A stretch of DNA of 64,000 nucleotides from Candidatus Sungiibacteriota bacterium (lineage in GTDB: Bacteria > Patescibacteriota > Minisyncoccia > Sungbacterales > HO2-52-23): the NCBI GenBank assembly GCA_016180435.1, contig JACPBG010000001.1, forward strand, positions 283,107 through 347,106, read 5' to 3'. How positions within the stretch are numbered: position 1 is the stretch's first letter; each line of letters opens with the position of its first letter. This document shows positions 9,960 through 20,520 of the stretch, piece by piece. Made by a program: the position numbers and the translations under genes. The notes beneath the pieces were generated by a model. The model was not told the DNA's origin. It saw nothing but the letters and a program-made list of their open reading frames with translations, and did not search any database.

Positions 9960-10716
9960 ACCAATCTGCGGCCCTTGTTAATTTGGTTTTGAACTCCAAA
10001 AATGACGTGGAGCGGTCAATCTGCAAACGAGGAATAGCATAATGATTTATTTTTGCTCCCGCCAGCCGCTGAATCGTGGTAAAGGCGGCGCGATACCGCG
10101 ATTTTTTTACAAGACCCGCGACAGACGCGTTAAAACTTCCCTTGGGATAGGCAAAAAAATCAACGGTTTTTCCGGTTGCCTTTTCAAGTAAAACGCGGCT
10201 TAGCGCTATTTCGTTTTCCGCCATCTGGGGCGGAAGCCGCGTTAATTTCCTATGCGTCAGGCCATGACTGCCTATAGTTACTAAAGAATCTTGGCTTAAT
10301 TTCTCTATTTCCTCCAAGGTCAAAAGTTGCGAATCGCTACCAAGATCTTTTGTATCAATTTCCCCGCCACAAACAAACAGAATTGCGGGAACATTATATT
10401 TTTGCAAGATTGGTAGGGCATTTTCCGAAAAATCCCGATATCCATCGTCAAAGGTAACAACCACCGCGCGCGGCGGCAATTCCTTTTTTCCGTCAAGAAA
10501 ATCAACAACATCGGAAAGGCAAACCGGATTTGCTTTTACTTTGATATAGCGGATTTGCCGTTCAAATTCTGCCTTAGATACCGCAAAAAACCATCCGCTA
10601 TCGGAAATTGAATGATACATTAAAACTGCGACTGCGGGTCTGCACAAAAACGGCCGGCAAAGCAAATAAACCGCATATAAAAAGAAAAAAATGATTCTAC
10701 GGATGAAATAATGCAT
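9925..10716 (-). CDS. Polysaccharide deacetylase (NodB/CE4)
   Basis: VLMYHSI, VTFDDGY, IGSHGLTH, FAYPKG. Confidence 0.92.
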   Translation of the reverse strand: MHYFIRRIIFFFLYAVYLLCRPFLCRPAVAVLMYHSISDSGWFFAVSKAEFERQIRYIKVKANPVCLSDVVDFLDGKKELPPRAVVVTFDDGYRDFSENALPILQKYNVPAILFVCGGEIDTKDLGSDSQLLTLEEIEKLSQDSLVTIGSHGLTHRKLTRLPPQMAENEIALSRVLLEKATGKTVDFFAYPKGSFNASVAGLVKKSRYRAAFTTIQRLAGAKINHYAIPRLQIDRSTSFLEFKTKLTRAADWYERIWRIVRLS

Positions 10717-10719
10717 GTC

Positions 10720-10790
10720 AATCAACGAATAACGAATCAAAATCGAATATACGAATTCGTATATTCGTACGAAATTCGATATTCGTTGAT
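10720..10790. repeat. TACGAAT-family imperfect palindrome filling the intergenic gap
   Basis: tcaacgaataacgaatc...gatattcgttga. Related to 33201-33285 and 48504-48588. Confidence 0.7.
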
Positions 10791-10796
10791 AAATTC

Positions 10797-11840
10797 TTAT
10801 GGCATGGATGAAAGCGCCGATACAATCCTGGCTATGGTTTGCGAAAGATTATGGTTTCGCACCACGATCTCGCGAAGAGCCAAATTCGGCCGGTTTTCAT
10901 CCCCCAGAGTCCTGATACGCTCGGCCAGAAGCGCGGGATTCGGCTCTTCCAAGAAATACTGCGGCGGCAGAATGTTCCGATACGCCTCATTGGAGGTTAT
11001 CACCGTAAGACCCGAGGACATTGCGTCTAAAATTGCCTTATCCAGCGATCCGGTTCCGGAAGTATTCAAAAACATATCATGCTCGCGTAAAATTTCCGGC
11101 AATTCCGCATACGGCCGCGGACCATAAAAAGAAACATAGGAAACGAGCCCTTTTCCCTCAACCATTTTTTTAAGCGATTCAAGATATTCTTTGTCGCGCG
11201 CAAGCATGGGCCCGCCCACAATAGAAAGCGACCAGGGCCTCGGCCATTTTTCTTTAAGCATGGCGCAGGCGCCGATAATTGCCTCATAATTTTTCACCGG
11301 AGCGATCCTGCCTACGGTGATCAAACGAAGCCCCTGGCGATTAGAACCGATAAAATTTGCCAAAGGCGCAAAAAAATCAGTGCGGATGGCTTGGCCCACA
11401 TAAAGCACTTTTTTGGACGGCAGACGAAATCCTTCGGCGGACGAAGTAAAAATATAATCCACCATCCGCTCGGCAAATTTCAAGCGCGTAGTAACGGATT
11501 TATGCGCGTACCAGAGTCCGCTGGGACGGCGCAACGACAAAATAAACGGAGAGGCGGCCAGCACAAATTCCGGAATCTGATGAAAAAATACCGCATCGGA
11601 CCGGGCATAATGATATGAGAAAATCTCCCAGAATTTCCAGATGCGCATCATGCGTCCCCGGCCCTCATCTTTGCCAAAAGTAAAAACCTCTACTCCGGCG
11701 GGTGGAGAAGACCCGCCGCGCACTGCCGCAATCACAGTAACCGAACTGCAATGTTTTTTGAATTCTTCAAACCAATAGTAAAACGGTCCGAGATTTTCGT
11801 CATTTTTATCTACTTTTTGAGTAACAATCAACAACCGCAT
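10797..11840 (-). CDS. Glycosyltransferase family 4
   Basis: MRLLIVTQKVD; GRIAPVKN; TGSLDKAILDAMSSG. Confidence 0.9.
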   Translation of the reverse strand: MRLLIVTQKVDKNDENLGPFYYWFEEFKKHCSSVTVIAAVRGGSSPPAGVEVFTFGKDEGRGRMMRIWKFWEIFSYHYARSDAVFFHQIPEFVLAASPFILSLRRPSGLWYAHKSVTTRLKFAERMVDYIFTSSAEGFRLPSKKVLYVGQAIRTDFFAPLANFIGSNRQGLRLITVGRIAPVKNYEAIIGACAMLKEKWPRPWSLSIVGGPMLARDKEYLESLKKMVEGKGLVSYVSFYGPRPYAELPEILREHDMFLNTSGTGSLDKAILDAMSSGLTVITSNEAYRNILPPQYFLEEPNPALLAERIRTLGDENRPNLALREIVVRNHNLSQTIARIVSALSSMP

Positions 11841-11843
11841 AAT

Positions 11844-13214
11844 TTATGAATCCAATTTATCGAATTTTTTAATAAGTATCCGCGAATATATCGCCCTTGC
11901 GCCAATTGCGGCATATACCGCATAAAATAGCAGAATGGGAAGGCGCAGGCGCGCATTTATCGCATATCCGGTGGTTAAACTTGCGGCCAAAAAATAACCG
12001 ATCAAGACAAAAATCAACAAATCGCGCCGGCGATTCCCTTTATCTCGCAACGACAACCAAACGCCGCCTAAGAAAAATAACATAACCATGATCCAAAACA
12101 TGCGTCCGGCAATAAAAATAAAAAAGAGCGGGTCGCGCAAAAATAGACCGGGAATCGTAGCCAACGAACGCCTAAGTTCAAGAATGGAAATAGGCGGACC
12201 GCCGGCTCCCCTATAAAATCCAAGATGCACCGCCAGGTCATAATATGCGTCATGGGTAAAAAATTGCCAGGCAGTCAGCGCATTCAGTTCCAAAAACGCG
12301 GGCAGGTGCGCAAATATTATTTTTTTTGCTTCCTTGCGGAAAAAATCCGGAAGCGCCGGGTCTCTTGAATCCAATCCGGCATCGTCGATCTTAACCATTA
12401 ACTTTTCTTGCTCAAGATCAAGCGTTGTGCCGTTGGCCATGGCCAGCGTTCCGCCGGCGTAATTGAAATAAAGATTTTTGGCATCAACATAGGTTAACCG
12501 CATAAATCCAAATTGATTATAATTTCTCCAGAGCCAGGGAAATACAGCCGCCGCTCCCACTGCGATAAATATTACCGCCCCGGCCAACCTCTGCCTTAAT
12601 TTTTTCTTTCCCCAAAATAGCAAAAACAAGGCGAAAATTGGCACAAGGTATAAACCGATTGGCCGCACCAAAGATACGATACCGATTAAAAACCCAGCTA
12701 CCGCCGGCGCCCAACGATAACCCTCATCTTTTAGATATGGAATAATAATCAACAGAAAACATAACAGCAGGGAAATAAAAATAATTTCGGTCAGCAAGAA
12801 TACGCTATGTGCGGCAAAAAACGGTTCTACCGCAAGGAAAATTCCCGCAATTCGCGAAACCGGCTCGGAAAAATCCAATTCTTTCAAAATTTTATATCCG
12901 AGAATCGGGATAACCGCCCCCAGCATAATCTGAATGAAAATTATCGGATAAAAACTGCCGCTAAACGCATAAGAAACCGCAAGAAACATAGGATATCCGG
13001 GCGTACGGTTGCCGTTTGGCAAAAACGGCGGCTCTTTTTCCCAACTAAATCCGTTTCCGGCGACTAGATTTTTAGCAAGAATCGTATAACCCCCCGCATC
13101 GCCATAATTTAAATAAAATTCGGGGCCGCTTTTTATATGCCCCGCAATAAAAATTAAAATCCGCACTGCGCATCCTGCAAAAAATAAAACAAAAAGGAAA
13201 TTTTTAACACTCAT
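11844..13214 (-). CDS. ArnT/PMT-like (GT-C) membrane glycosyltransferase
   Basis: DAGGY..LAKNLVAGNGFS, RTPGYPMFLA, LLTE, PWLWRNY, multiple TM segments. Confidence 0.8.
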   Translation of the reverse strand: MSVKNFLFVLFFAGCAVRILIFIAGHIKSGPEFYLNYGDAGGYTILAKNLVAGNGFSWEKEPPFLPNGNRTPGYPMFLAVSYAFSGSFYPIIFIQIMLGAVIPILGYKILKELDFSEPVSRIAGIFLAVEPFFAAHSVFLLTEIIFISLLLCFLLIIIPYLKDEGYRWAPAVAGFLIGIVSLVRPIGLYLVPIFALFLLFWGKKKLRQRLAGAVIFIAVGAAAVFPWLWRNYNQFGFMRLTYVDAKNLYFNYAGGTLAMANGTTLDLEQEKLMVKIDDAGLDSRDPALPDFFRKEAKKIIFAHLPAFLELNALTAWQFFTHDAYYDLAVHLGFYRGAGGPPISILELRRSLATIPGLFLRDPLFFIFIAGRMFWIMVMLFFLGGVWLSLRDKGNRRRDLLIFVLIGYFLAASLTTGYAINARLRLPILLFYAVYAAIGARAIYSRILIKKFDKLDS

Positions 13215-14331
13215 ACAGGGCGTCTCTATACAAATTAAAGTAATCGGATTTGCTTTGGGCGCTTAATCCCTCGGCGGTTTTTCTGGCCGCGCTGGCCAAG
13301 CGCATTCGTTCAGCCCTATTTTTGTATAAACCGATTATGGCGCGCAAAAACGCATTTTTATCTCCAACCGGCGCCACCCTGCCATTTTCACCGTTTTTTA
13401 CGACTTCTCCGGCCAGCCCGACATCGGTCATAACCACCGCTAGTCCCGCGGCCATGGCTTCAATGGCCGTCCGGCCCCAACCTTCATAATTTGAAGGCAT
13501 AACGCAAAGATCAAATGATTTTAAAAAAGACGGCAAATCATTACGCCATGGCTCTATTATAATGTTTCTATCCAAAAGTTTGTAGTTTGTAGCTTGTAGT
13601 TTGTAGCGATCCCTATCCGGACCATCGCCTACAATAACCAATAATGCGCGGGGGCATATTTTTATGAAATCCCGCATGATTTCAATCAGCATGGAAAAAT
13701 TCTTTTCTTTGTCCACAAACCGCCCCACGGCAATCATTTTAAAATCATATTCTCTAAAACGTTCATCTATTTCTGAATTTCGTTCTGCACTAAGAAATTT
13801 AGAAACATCCGTAAAAATAGGCAATACCGCGATCCTTGAATCATGAATCATAAATCTTGAATCAAGAATTGATTTTCTGATCCGCTCCGATACCACCCGA
13901 ATGCAGTCCGCCCGGGGTATTAAAAATTTTGCCAATCCGTATCGCATCCATTCTTTCCAGGATGCGCGGCGATACCAAGGGCTCATAATATCCGTATGAA
14001 TTTGCAGGCGAAACGGCTTTCCGGTTAAATACGAAATAAACCAAGCCGCAAAACCGGATTCAGCCGGATCCTGCGCGTCAATGATGTCAATTTTTTGCTC
14101 ACGCGCGATTTTTTTTCCAAGCAATATCGCGCCCAGAGGCCACCCTAATTTATATCTGAAATTTATGGGCCAAAGATACAGTTTTCCTACATTAAAAGGA
14201 GCAACCCGGCGCAAGGTTTTACTGATAATATGATAAGAATCAAAGAAATCGGCATAAGCGCAAACCCGCATATGCGTCTCGGAATTTTTATCAAAAATCT
14301 GGGGGTCGTTTCCAATAACCAGTACCTTCAT
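13204..14331 (-). CDS. Glycosyltransferase family 4
   Basis: SNYEGWGRTAIEAMAAG. Contains two in-frame heptamer tracts. Confidence 0.92.
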   Translation of the reverse strand: MKVLVIGNDPQIFDKNSETHMRVCAYADFFDSYHIISKTLRRVAPFNVGKLYLWPINFRYKLGWPLGAILLGKKIAREQKIDIIDAQDPAESGFAAWFISYLTGKPFRLQIHTDIMSPWYRRASWKEWMRYGLAKFLIPRADCIRVVSERIRKSILDSRFMIHDSRIAVLPIFTDVSKFLSAERNSEIDERFREYDFKMIAVGRFVDKEKNFSMLIEIMRDFIKICPRALLVIVGDGPDRDRYKLQATNYKLLDRNIIIEPWRNDLPSFLKSFDLCVMPSNYEGWGRTAIEAMAAGLAVVMTDVGLAGEVVKNGENGRVAPVGDKNAFLRAIIGLYKNRAERMRLASAARKTAEGLSAQSKSDYFNLYRDALYEC

Positions 14332-14340
14332 AAATGATAA

Positions 14341-14796
14341 TCAAATCTCTTTATTCTCGCTTCTTTTTAAGTAGTTACCAAGGAGCCAGGAACTTGATTG
14401 TATTTTCCCGCCCGCGCCAACATTAAACTCCATCCGGCAATTTATTTTCCGGCAGACCGAAACTTCCGGAATATTATCTTGGGTCCTATCCCCGCCATTG
14501 GAAAAAATATGCGGACGGATTTTTTCAAGTTCCGAACAGACGCTCATATCGGCTGGATCGGGCGGATGAGAAGTTAAAACAACCTCGTCCACATCGCCAA
14601 GCGCCTCAATTATTTCTTTTCGTTCCTCCTCGGACATGAAAATCCGGCCTTTTTTCTTACGCAGCCAATTATCATTATTTAAAATTACGATTAATCTGTC
14701 GCCAAGTTTTTTCGCCTCTTTAAACAATCGGATGTGCCCGGCATGCACCGGGTCAAATCCGCCGCTGACCGCGACTATAATTTTATTATTTTCCAT
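14341..14796 (-). CDS. Cytidylyltransferase-family protein (TagD/RfaE-like)
   Basis: SGGFDPVHAGH (HxGH motif), NGGDR, KIQSSSWL. Confidence 0.88.
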   Translation of the reverse strand: MENNKIIVAVSGGFDPVHAGHIRLFKEAKKLGDRLIVILNNDNWLRKKKGRIFMSEEERKEIIEALGDVDEVVLTSHPPDPADMSVCSELEKIRPHIFSNGGDRTQDNIPEVSVCRKINCRMEFNVGAGGKIQSSSWLLGNYLKRSENKEI

Positions 14797-14841
14797 ATTA
14801 TTTTAAGGATTTATTAAATAAAGGAAATAAAGGTGTCACCT

Positions 14842-17046
14842 TTATTTAGCAATTTTCTTAAACAAATCAATCCATTCCTGCGCGGCATCTTCCCAGGAAT
14901 GAACAATATGCGTCTTTCTCAACTTTTCTCTTTGCGCCGCCCTATTTCTTTCATCCATCAGCCATTTCAATTTCCGAACGAGTTCGTCATCATTTAACGA
15001 ATCAACCCAAAATGAACTATCCGCAATATATTCAGTATAACCGGAATTTTTAGTAAAAAGAAACGGGGTGCCGCCCGAATATGCTTCGGCAATGACATTG
15101 GGCCCCACATCGGAAAACGACGGCAGGACGAGAAACGAAACTCCGGACATTTCTTGCAGAAGGTCATCGTGGCGCGCCGGCGGCGCAAAAGTAATGCCCA
15201 TAAAGCCCTTTTCTTTCACAAATTTTTCAACCCGGGTTTTCTCCGGTCCGTCTCCTATCAATTTAAGTTCATATCCACCCGCATTTGCGGCAGAAAACGC
15301 GCGGATGAGGCGATACAAATTTTTAAGGTAAAGCATTCTGCCGACCCATAGAATAACTTTGGTTACTGGTAACTGGTTACTGGTAACTGCTTGAGATGGC
15401 CAAACATTGCGGATAATAACGGTCTTTTGGCGATCAATTCCAAACGCCTGAATGATCATTTCACGGCGCCACTTAGATGAAAACACCAAGCGATCCGCGC
15501 GGCGCATAACCCAGCCGATCGTGGCGCGTATAATGCGCTCTTTATGGGTGAGTGCCTGAAAATTTGCATAAAAATCCGGCAGCGTTACCTCGCGTTGCGT
15601 TCGTTCCACAAAACTTTCCCATAAAAAATCACCCTCCACCCGCAACACGAATGGGATTCTGAATAATACGGACGCAAGCGCCGCGGGGAAACCTGCGCTA
15701 AATGAATCCAGACCCATAATTATATCGGCAAAAAAACATTTCCGGGCGAATTTTAAAAAATAGACAAAATGGCGCACCAGCGTCGGGAGAGATAAAACAT
15801 CCCCGAAAGAGACCACGGAAACGCGCATACCGGATGCGCGAAATTTATCTCCAAAATTTTTGGCATAAAGCGCCGGGCCACCCAACTGTGGCGGGTATAA
15901 AGGAGTAGCTATAAGAATGTTCAACACCCGGTGTTGAACAAAGCGAGAAAAGATTTCCCCGTAAGATGCCGCTATTTTATCCCACGAAAAGCTTTCCTCC
16001 ACCATTTTTCTGCCCCCCTCAATGGTCTGTTTGGCATCTTCGGGATGGCGCAAAACATATATGATCTTTTGGGCAAGATCATCGGCATCGTCCGGTTTTG
16101 CGAAAAAACCTGTTTTTCCGTCCTCAATAATGTCCGTAATACCGCCGACCGGAGTACCGATAATCGGGAGACCGGCGGCAAGCGCCTCTACAAACGAATT
16201 ACCCATGCCCTCGGAGCGGGAAGGACGGACGAAAACATCGGCTCCATGCAGATACTTTGAAATTTCGTCATGAGGAACACTGCCGAAAAACTTTACGTTA
16301 GTTTCAAGACGGTTACTGGTTACTAATAACTGGTAACTAGTTCTCTCGGGGCCGTCGCCAATAATATGGCATTGAATATCCGGAATTTCTTTTTTCACCT
16401 CGGCTACAGCCTTTATTAGCGTATCTATGCCATTTTTATACACCAGCCGAGACGTGGTTATTATGATTTTTTGTTTTAGATTCTTTTGAAAATTAGAAAT
16501 TGGAGATTGGAAATTTTTAACATCTACGCCATTGTGTATCACTTCACCCGGTTCGTTGTAGCCGTAGCGCCGCGCCAAATTCAAAAGATAACTGGAAATT
16601 GCAGTAACGTAATCAGCCCGGCCTAGAATAAAACGAAACATAAGAGATATTATACCAAACCGGCCATGGGATAAACGCTCCTCACTCTCGCCGAATTGAA
16701 TGTTCAATATAAAAGGAACGGAGGGATGTAATAGTTTATATATGGCAGCGGCAATTGACCCATGCGAAATATCCACTCCAATTACTATAGAGGCTAAGCC
16801 TCTATAGTAAAATTGGGCTAAAATAAGCCAATATTTATCAAGGGGGGTCCCGATACCGAATCGCACAATAGTGCCTTCGGGGCGGATCTCTTTTTTAGGA
16901 AGCTCGCGGCGAAAACGCGAAGTAAAGATTAAAAAATCAAAACGGTTTGATAACCGCTTGGCAACTTCCGAAATAGCGATTTCCGCGCCTCCGATAAACG
17001 GATGATAAGCGGTGGAAAAAACAATAATTTTAGGTTTTATGAACAA
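14842..17046 (-). CDS. Tandem GT4-GT4 fusion glycosyltransferase
   Basis: Two GT-B units: YHPFIGGAE...RSEGMGNSFVEA, then PLYPPQLGGPA...SDVGPNVIAEA. Confidence 0.88.
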   Translation of the reverse strand: MFIKPKIIVFSTAYHPFIGGAEIAISEVAKRLSNRFDFLIFTSRFRRELPKKEIRPEGTIVRFGIGTPLDKYWLILAQFYYRGLASIVIGVDISHGSIAAAIYKLLHPSVPFILNIQFGESEERLSHGRFGIISLMFRFILGRADYVTAISSYLLNLARRYGYNEPGEVIHNGVDVKNFQSPISNFQKNLKQKIIITTSRLVYKNGIDTLIKAVAEVKKEIPDIQCHIIGDGPERTSYQLLVTSNRLETNVKFFGSVPHDEISKYLHGADVFVRPSRSEGMGNSFVEALAAGLPIIGTPVGGITDIIEDGKTGFFAKPDDADDLAQKIIYVLRHPEDAKQTIEGGRKMVEESFSWDKIAASYGEIFSRFVQHRVLNILIATPLYPPQLGGPALYAKNFGDKFRASGMRVSVVSFGDVLSLPTLVRHFVYFLKFARKCFFADIIMGLDSFSAGFPAALASVLFRIPFVLRVEGDFLWESFVERTQREVTLPDFYANFQALTHKERIIRATIGWVMRRADRLVFSSKWRREMIIQAFGIDRQKTVIIRNVWPSQAVTSNQLPVTKVILWVGRMLYLKNLYRLIRAFSAANAGGYELKLIGDGPEKTRVEKFVKEKGFMGITFAPPARHDDLLQEMSGVSFLVLPSFSDVGPNVIAEAYSGGTPFLFTKNSGYTEYIADSSFWVDSLNDDELVRKLKWLMDERNRAAQREKLRKTHIVHSWEDAAQEWIDLFKKIAK

Positions 17047-17082
17047 GTAGATGACGACTTTAAAACTACCTTCACTGACTTT

Positions 17083-18381
17083 TTAACTTCGGCGTCTGAC
17101 AAAAATAAATCCTGCGGCAGCCGCCAAACCGAGGAACACCGCAGCAGCCAAAAAAATGGAAGGAGAAAACCCGGTATGCTTTGAAACTGTAGCTGTTTCA
17201 GAAATATTTTTTGGAGCAGGCGGTCTTGCCGAAAATTCTTCGCTCTTCACATTTTTACCCGCCCCAGACGCGTTTTCTACTTTTTGAGAAATCACGGGGG
17301 ACGGCAATAACGCCAATGTTTTGTCCGTGGCCGCCCGCAGTTCATTGCCCGCCTCTATTTTCGCTTTCTCCTCCCAACTAAACGCCAGCGATAAATTAGG
17401 ATAACGCATGCGCAACAGGGCCGGTCCCTTAAAAAGAATTCCGGTAATGCTATTGGCAAATGCGGTCTCGGATTTAGAATTAATAACGGTCCGTGGCGGA
17501 ATAATAAAGCTTTGGCCGGCCGCATCCTCCAAAATCCAGCCTCCGACATCCACCGCAACCGACCCTTCGTTTTTCAATACCGCAAATCCCGCCTCTCCCA
17601 TTAAAACGCGCGATACCGAAAATTGGTTTGGAATAACTTCTATAGCCGCATAGTCGGACGCGGAGTATTCGCCGGATGAGACATGCAAGCCCATGGTATA
17701 GCGCCCGGGAATAAGAAATGAATAATTAATCGTTTTTCCTTCTTTGGTCTCCCCATTGCCGAAATTCCACCAAAATCGGGCGTTGGTTAATGGTTCTCCG
17801 TTCACGCCTTTAGCGCTTCCGGAAAACTCCATATTGGCTCCCGCCACAACCGTCCGGTCTTCTCCGGCATATGCCTGAATTTTTTTATCCGATGCGAAAT
17901 TCGCTTCTCCGCCGGAAACAGAAGAGGTTAACGGCATAACCGGTGACGGATTTTCTCCCGACGAATCCGCAGACGGATCATTTGAATCGGATATAGTTAT
18001 GGGCTGGCTTGCGGACCATGATTTTCCCGAATCGCGCCCGGTGGCTTTAACCGTGATATTATAAATTCCCGCACGCGAATCGCGATAATAAAAAGTGCGG
18101 TTTGCCGTGTTTTTAGCCATAACCGCACTTACCGGATTGCCGCTTGAATTCAAAAATTCTCCGGATGAAGAAGTTGATAAAAATTCCAGGTCAATGGTTT
18201 CTTCGGTTTTTATTTCAAAACCCGCGGCATCCTGCGCCTGAATTTTTATCTCATCGGAAATCGCGCCCGGTTGCACCAGGCGCGATTCGGTAATAAAAAC
18301 AAAACGCGCAATGGATGAGGCGGCGGATATTTCGGCAAACGGAAAAAATGCCAGGAATAAAATTAAAATGACCCGCTGCAT
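17083..18381 (-). CDS. Surface protein with PKD and lamin-tail-like domains and a C-terminal membrane anchor
   Basis: Signal peptide; AYAGEDRTV...FWWNFGNG (PKD); LKNEG..VDVGGWIL (LTD); C-terminal TM followed by RRRS. Confidence 0.75.
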   Translation of the reverse strand: MQRVILILFLAFFPFAEISAASSIARFVFITESRLVQPGAISDEIKIQAQDAAGFEIKTEETIDLEFLSTSSSGEFLNSSGNPVSAVMAKNTANRTFYYRDSRAGIYNITVKATGRDSGKSWSASQPITISDSNDPSADSSGENPSPVMPLTSSVSGGEANFASDKKIQAYAGEDRTVVAGANMEFSGSAKGVNGEPLTNARFWWNFGNGETKEGKTINYSFLIPGRYTMGLHVSSGEYSASDYAAIEVIPNQFSVSRVLMGEAGFAVLKNEGSVAVDVGGWILEDAAGQSFIIPPRTVINSKSETAFANSITGILFKGPALLRMRYPNLSLAFSWEEKAKIEAGNELRAATDKTLALLPSPVISQKVENASGAGKNVKSEEFSARPPAPKNISETATVSKHTGFSPSIFLAAAVFLGLAAAAGFIFVRRRS

Positions 18382-18466
18382 GGGGTTAAAGTAGCAAAAG
18401 GACGTGAAACAGTCAACCCCGTTAGAGATACGGAAATCGCTATAGAGGCTAAGCCTCTATAGTAAA

Positions 18467-19291
18467 CTATTGAGGTTTAACCTCAACTTTTTTCTTCAGA
18501 GATTCGATCGTTGTAACTACTTCCGAATTTTGCGGATCTTTTTCCAATACTTTCTGCCACCAGACAAGAGCCAGTGAAAATTTGCCCTCGGTTTCGTACA
18601 AACGCGCCAGATATTTCGTAAGATCCAAGGAATCCGGATTGGCCGCGATACCCTCAAACAAAATATCATCCGCCAAATCCTTTTTTTCCGCATAAGAATA
18701 TGAATATAAATCGGAAAGCGACATATAAGTTGACGGGTCATTCGGCTTATTTTTTATGGATATTTTGAAATTTTCCTCGGATTTCGGAAAATTCGGTATG
18801 TATCTCCAATAAAGCTCACCTAAATTCGCAAAAGAAACCGAATTTTTAGGGCTAATAACACCGGCGTACTCCCAAGCGTCCCGCGCCCCCTCAAAATCCC
18901 CGATCACTTTTTTAAGCAGTCCCACCTGGATCCAGCCGAAAAAATAATCGGGCTTTTCCTTTACGGCGCTTCCGTGCATGCGCAACTCGCCATAAATTTT
19001 TTCTTTCTGTTCCGCGCTGAATAATTTTACTTCCTCCGGGCTGGACCGCACCTCCTGCGGATCGCGGCCGGTATATGAAGGCGCCTCGTTTTTAACCACT
19101 TTACTCTTTTGATCCTCGGCAGATGGCGCGGACCGGGATGGAGGTAAAGAAATTTCCTGCGGATTAACCGGAGAAAAATCAGGACCGAACGAAAAAAGGG
19201 CGGAAATTTTGTCACGAAATACAAAAACCGCGACAATTAAAAAAAATGCCGCTATGACTATGCTGATTTTTTTAACAGAAAAACTTATCAC
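18467..19291 (-). CDS. Membrane-anchored TPR protein
   Basis: N-terminal TM; TPR helices (FANLGELY, KYLARLYE...WQKVLEKDP). Confidence 0.8.
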   Translation of the reverse strand: MISFSVKKISIVIAAFFLIVAVFVFRDKISALFSFGPDFSPVNPQEISLPPSRSAPSAEDQKSKVVKNEAPSYTGRDPQEVRSSPEEVKLFSAEQKEKIYGELRMHGSAVKEKPDYFFGWIQVGLLKKVIGDFEGARDAWEYAGVISPKNSVSFANLGELYWRYIPNFPKSEENFKISIKNKPNDPSTYMSLSDLYSYSYAEKKDLADDILFEGIAANPDSLDLTKYLARLYETEGKFSLALVWWQKVLEKDPQNSEVVTTIESLKKKVEVKPQ

Positions 19292-19310
19292 GCTCTCTTA
19301 AGCCGAACAC

Positions 19311-19382
19311 GAAACCGAGTTTCTTGTCGCTGGAAACTCGGTTTCTGACTATCGGGGTTCAACCTCTATAATTTTTATAGTT
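19311..19382. repeat. Compound palindromic element (GAAACCGAGTTTC inverted repeat plus a degenerate CTATAGAGG palindrome)
   Basis: gaaaccgagtttc N9 gaaactcggtttc. A second copy lies at 20485-20517. Confidence 0.8.
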
Positions 19383-19384
19383 TT

Positions 19385-20365
19385 CTAGTCCCGCCTGAAA
19401 GTGAATGAAAATCCGCCGGTTGGACTTATCGGAACCGCGGCCAAAAATTCTTTAAACTCGAATTTCAGAGTGCCGCTTATGACATATTCCATTCCGTCAA
19501 TCCACAAGCCCAGCGCCTTGACCTCCCCCGGATTTATGATCACATCATACGAGAGACCCGCTGGCGCGCGATGCGGAGAATCAGATTGGGGAACAGTGGA
19601 ATTAAATTTAAAAGAAGTCCGGCTGATCACATCATCCGCGGTAGTCGTGCCTTTGCGCAAAATAAAGAATACTTCGCGTCCGCGGTTCAATTGCGCGTTC
19701 ATTTGATCCGTAACATTCATAATAATTTGCGAGAGCGGAATTTTTTCCGAAGTGCCGTTTCGTATGGTAATATCTCCAATTTTTAAAGAGGATACCGAAT
19801 TTGGCGGAAACTGCTGATCTCCGCTGCCGGACACCTCAAGAACCGGAGACGACGTAGGAGATGGAATAACCGGCTCTGAAATTGTAGGCGTAGGAACAGA
19901 CGTCGGAGCAGGCGCAAGGATCGGCGTAGGCGCGGGAGTTGGCGCAGGCACTGCGACAGATCCGCTCTGTAGAGCCGCTATTTGGCTCTGGAGCTCCTTA
20001 ATTTTGGCAAGAAGCTCTATGATCTGTTTGTCGGAAGTTGAAACCGGTATGGATGAAACAGGCGCAACGGGCTGTTTCACCAGCATTTCATTGGCTCGCG
20101 CCCTGGTTTTTGGCCCAAAATAGCCCGCCGGTGGCGTAATTTTTTCTCTTTCCTGAAACACCTTCACTCCCTCGCGCGTCAAAACCAGGAAATTGCCGGT
20201 TATGGGGCCGCTATATACGTTCTCGTTACGCAAAAACTCCTGCAGGCGTATTACATCCGAATCATTGCTCATGCCATAATAAAGGTCGCGCTCAAAACCC
20301 GCAGCGAATACAAAAAGAGGGGCAACCGCTAAAAGTAAGATAAGAATAACTTTTGATTTTTCCAT
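19385..20365 (-). CDS. Secreted peptidoglycan-binding domain protein
   Basis: FERDLYYG...DVIRLQEFL...GYFGPKTRA, then a coiled coil and a Pro-rich linker. Confidence 0.85.
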   Translation of the reverse strand: MEKSKVILILLLAVAPLFVFAAGFERDLYYGMSNDSDVIRLQEFLRNENVYSGPITGNFLVLTREGVKVFQEREKITPPAGYFGPKTRARANEMLVKQPVAPVSSIPVSTSDKQIIELLAKIKELQSQIAALQSGSVAVPAPTPAPTPILAPAPTSVPTPTISEPVIPSPTSSPVLEVSGSGDQQFPPNSVSSLKIGDITIRNGTSEKIPLSQIIMNVTDQMNAQLNRGREVFFILRKGTTTADDVISRTSFKFNSTVPQSDSPHRAPAGLSYDVIINPGEVKALGLWIDGMEYVISGTLKFEFKEFLAAVPISPTGGFSFTFRRD

Positions 20366-20416
20366 ATAAATCCATTATATATCATACAAGATTCTACTTC
20401 AACTCTCTCTTCACGG

Positions 20417-20520
20417 ACTATAGAGGCTAAGCCTCATAATCAACTATAGAGGCTTAGCCTCTATAGTTGCCTCTATAGTACGCAAGAAACCGAGTTTCCC
20501 AAGGAAACTCGGTTTCTGGA
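20417..20520. repeat. Compound palindromic element (CTATAGAGGC-TAA-GCCTCTATAG copies plus GAAACCGAGTTTC inverted repeat)
   Basis: Read directly from the sequence. Family copies at 16782, 18440, 40182, 50539 and 51295. Confidence 0.85.
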
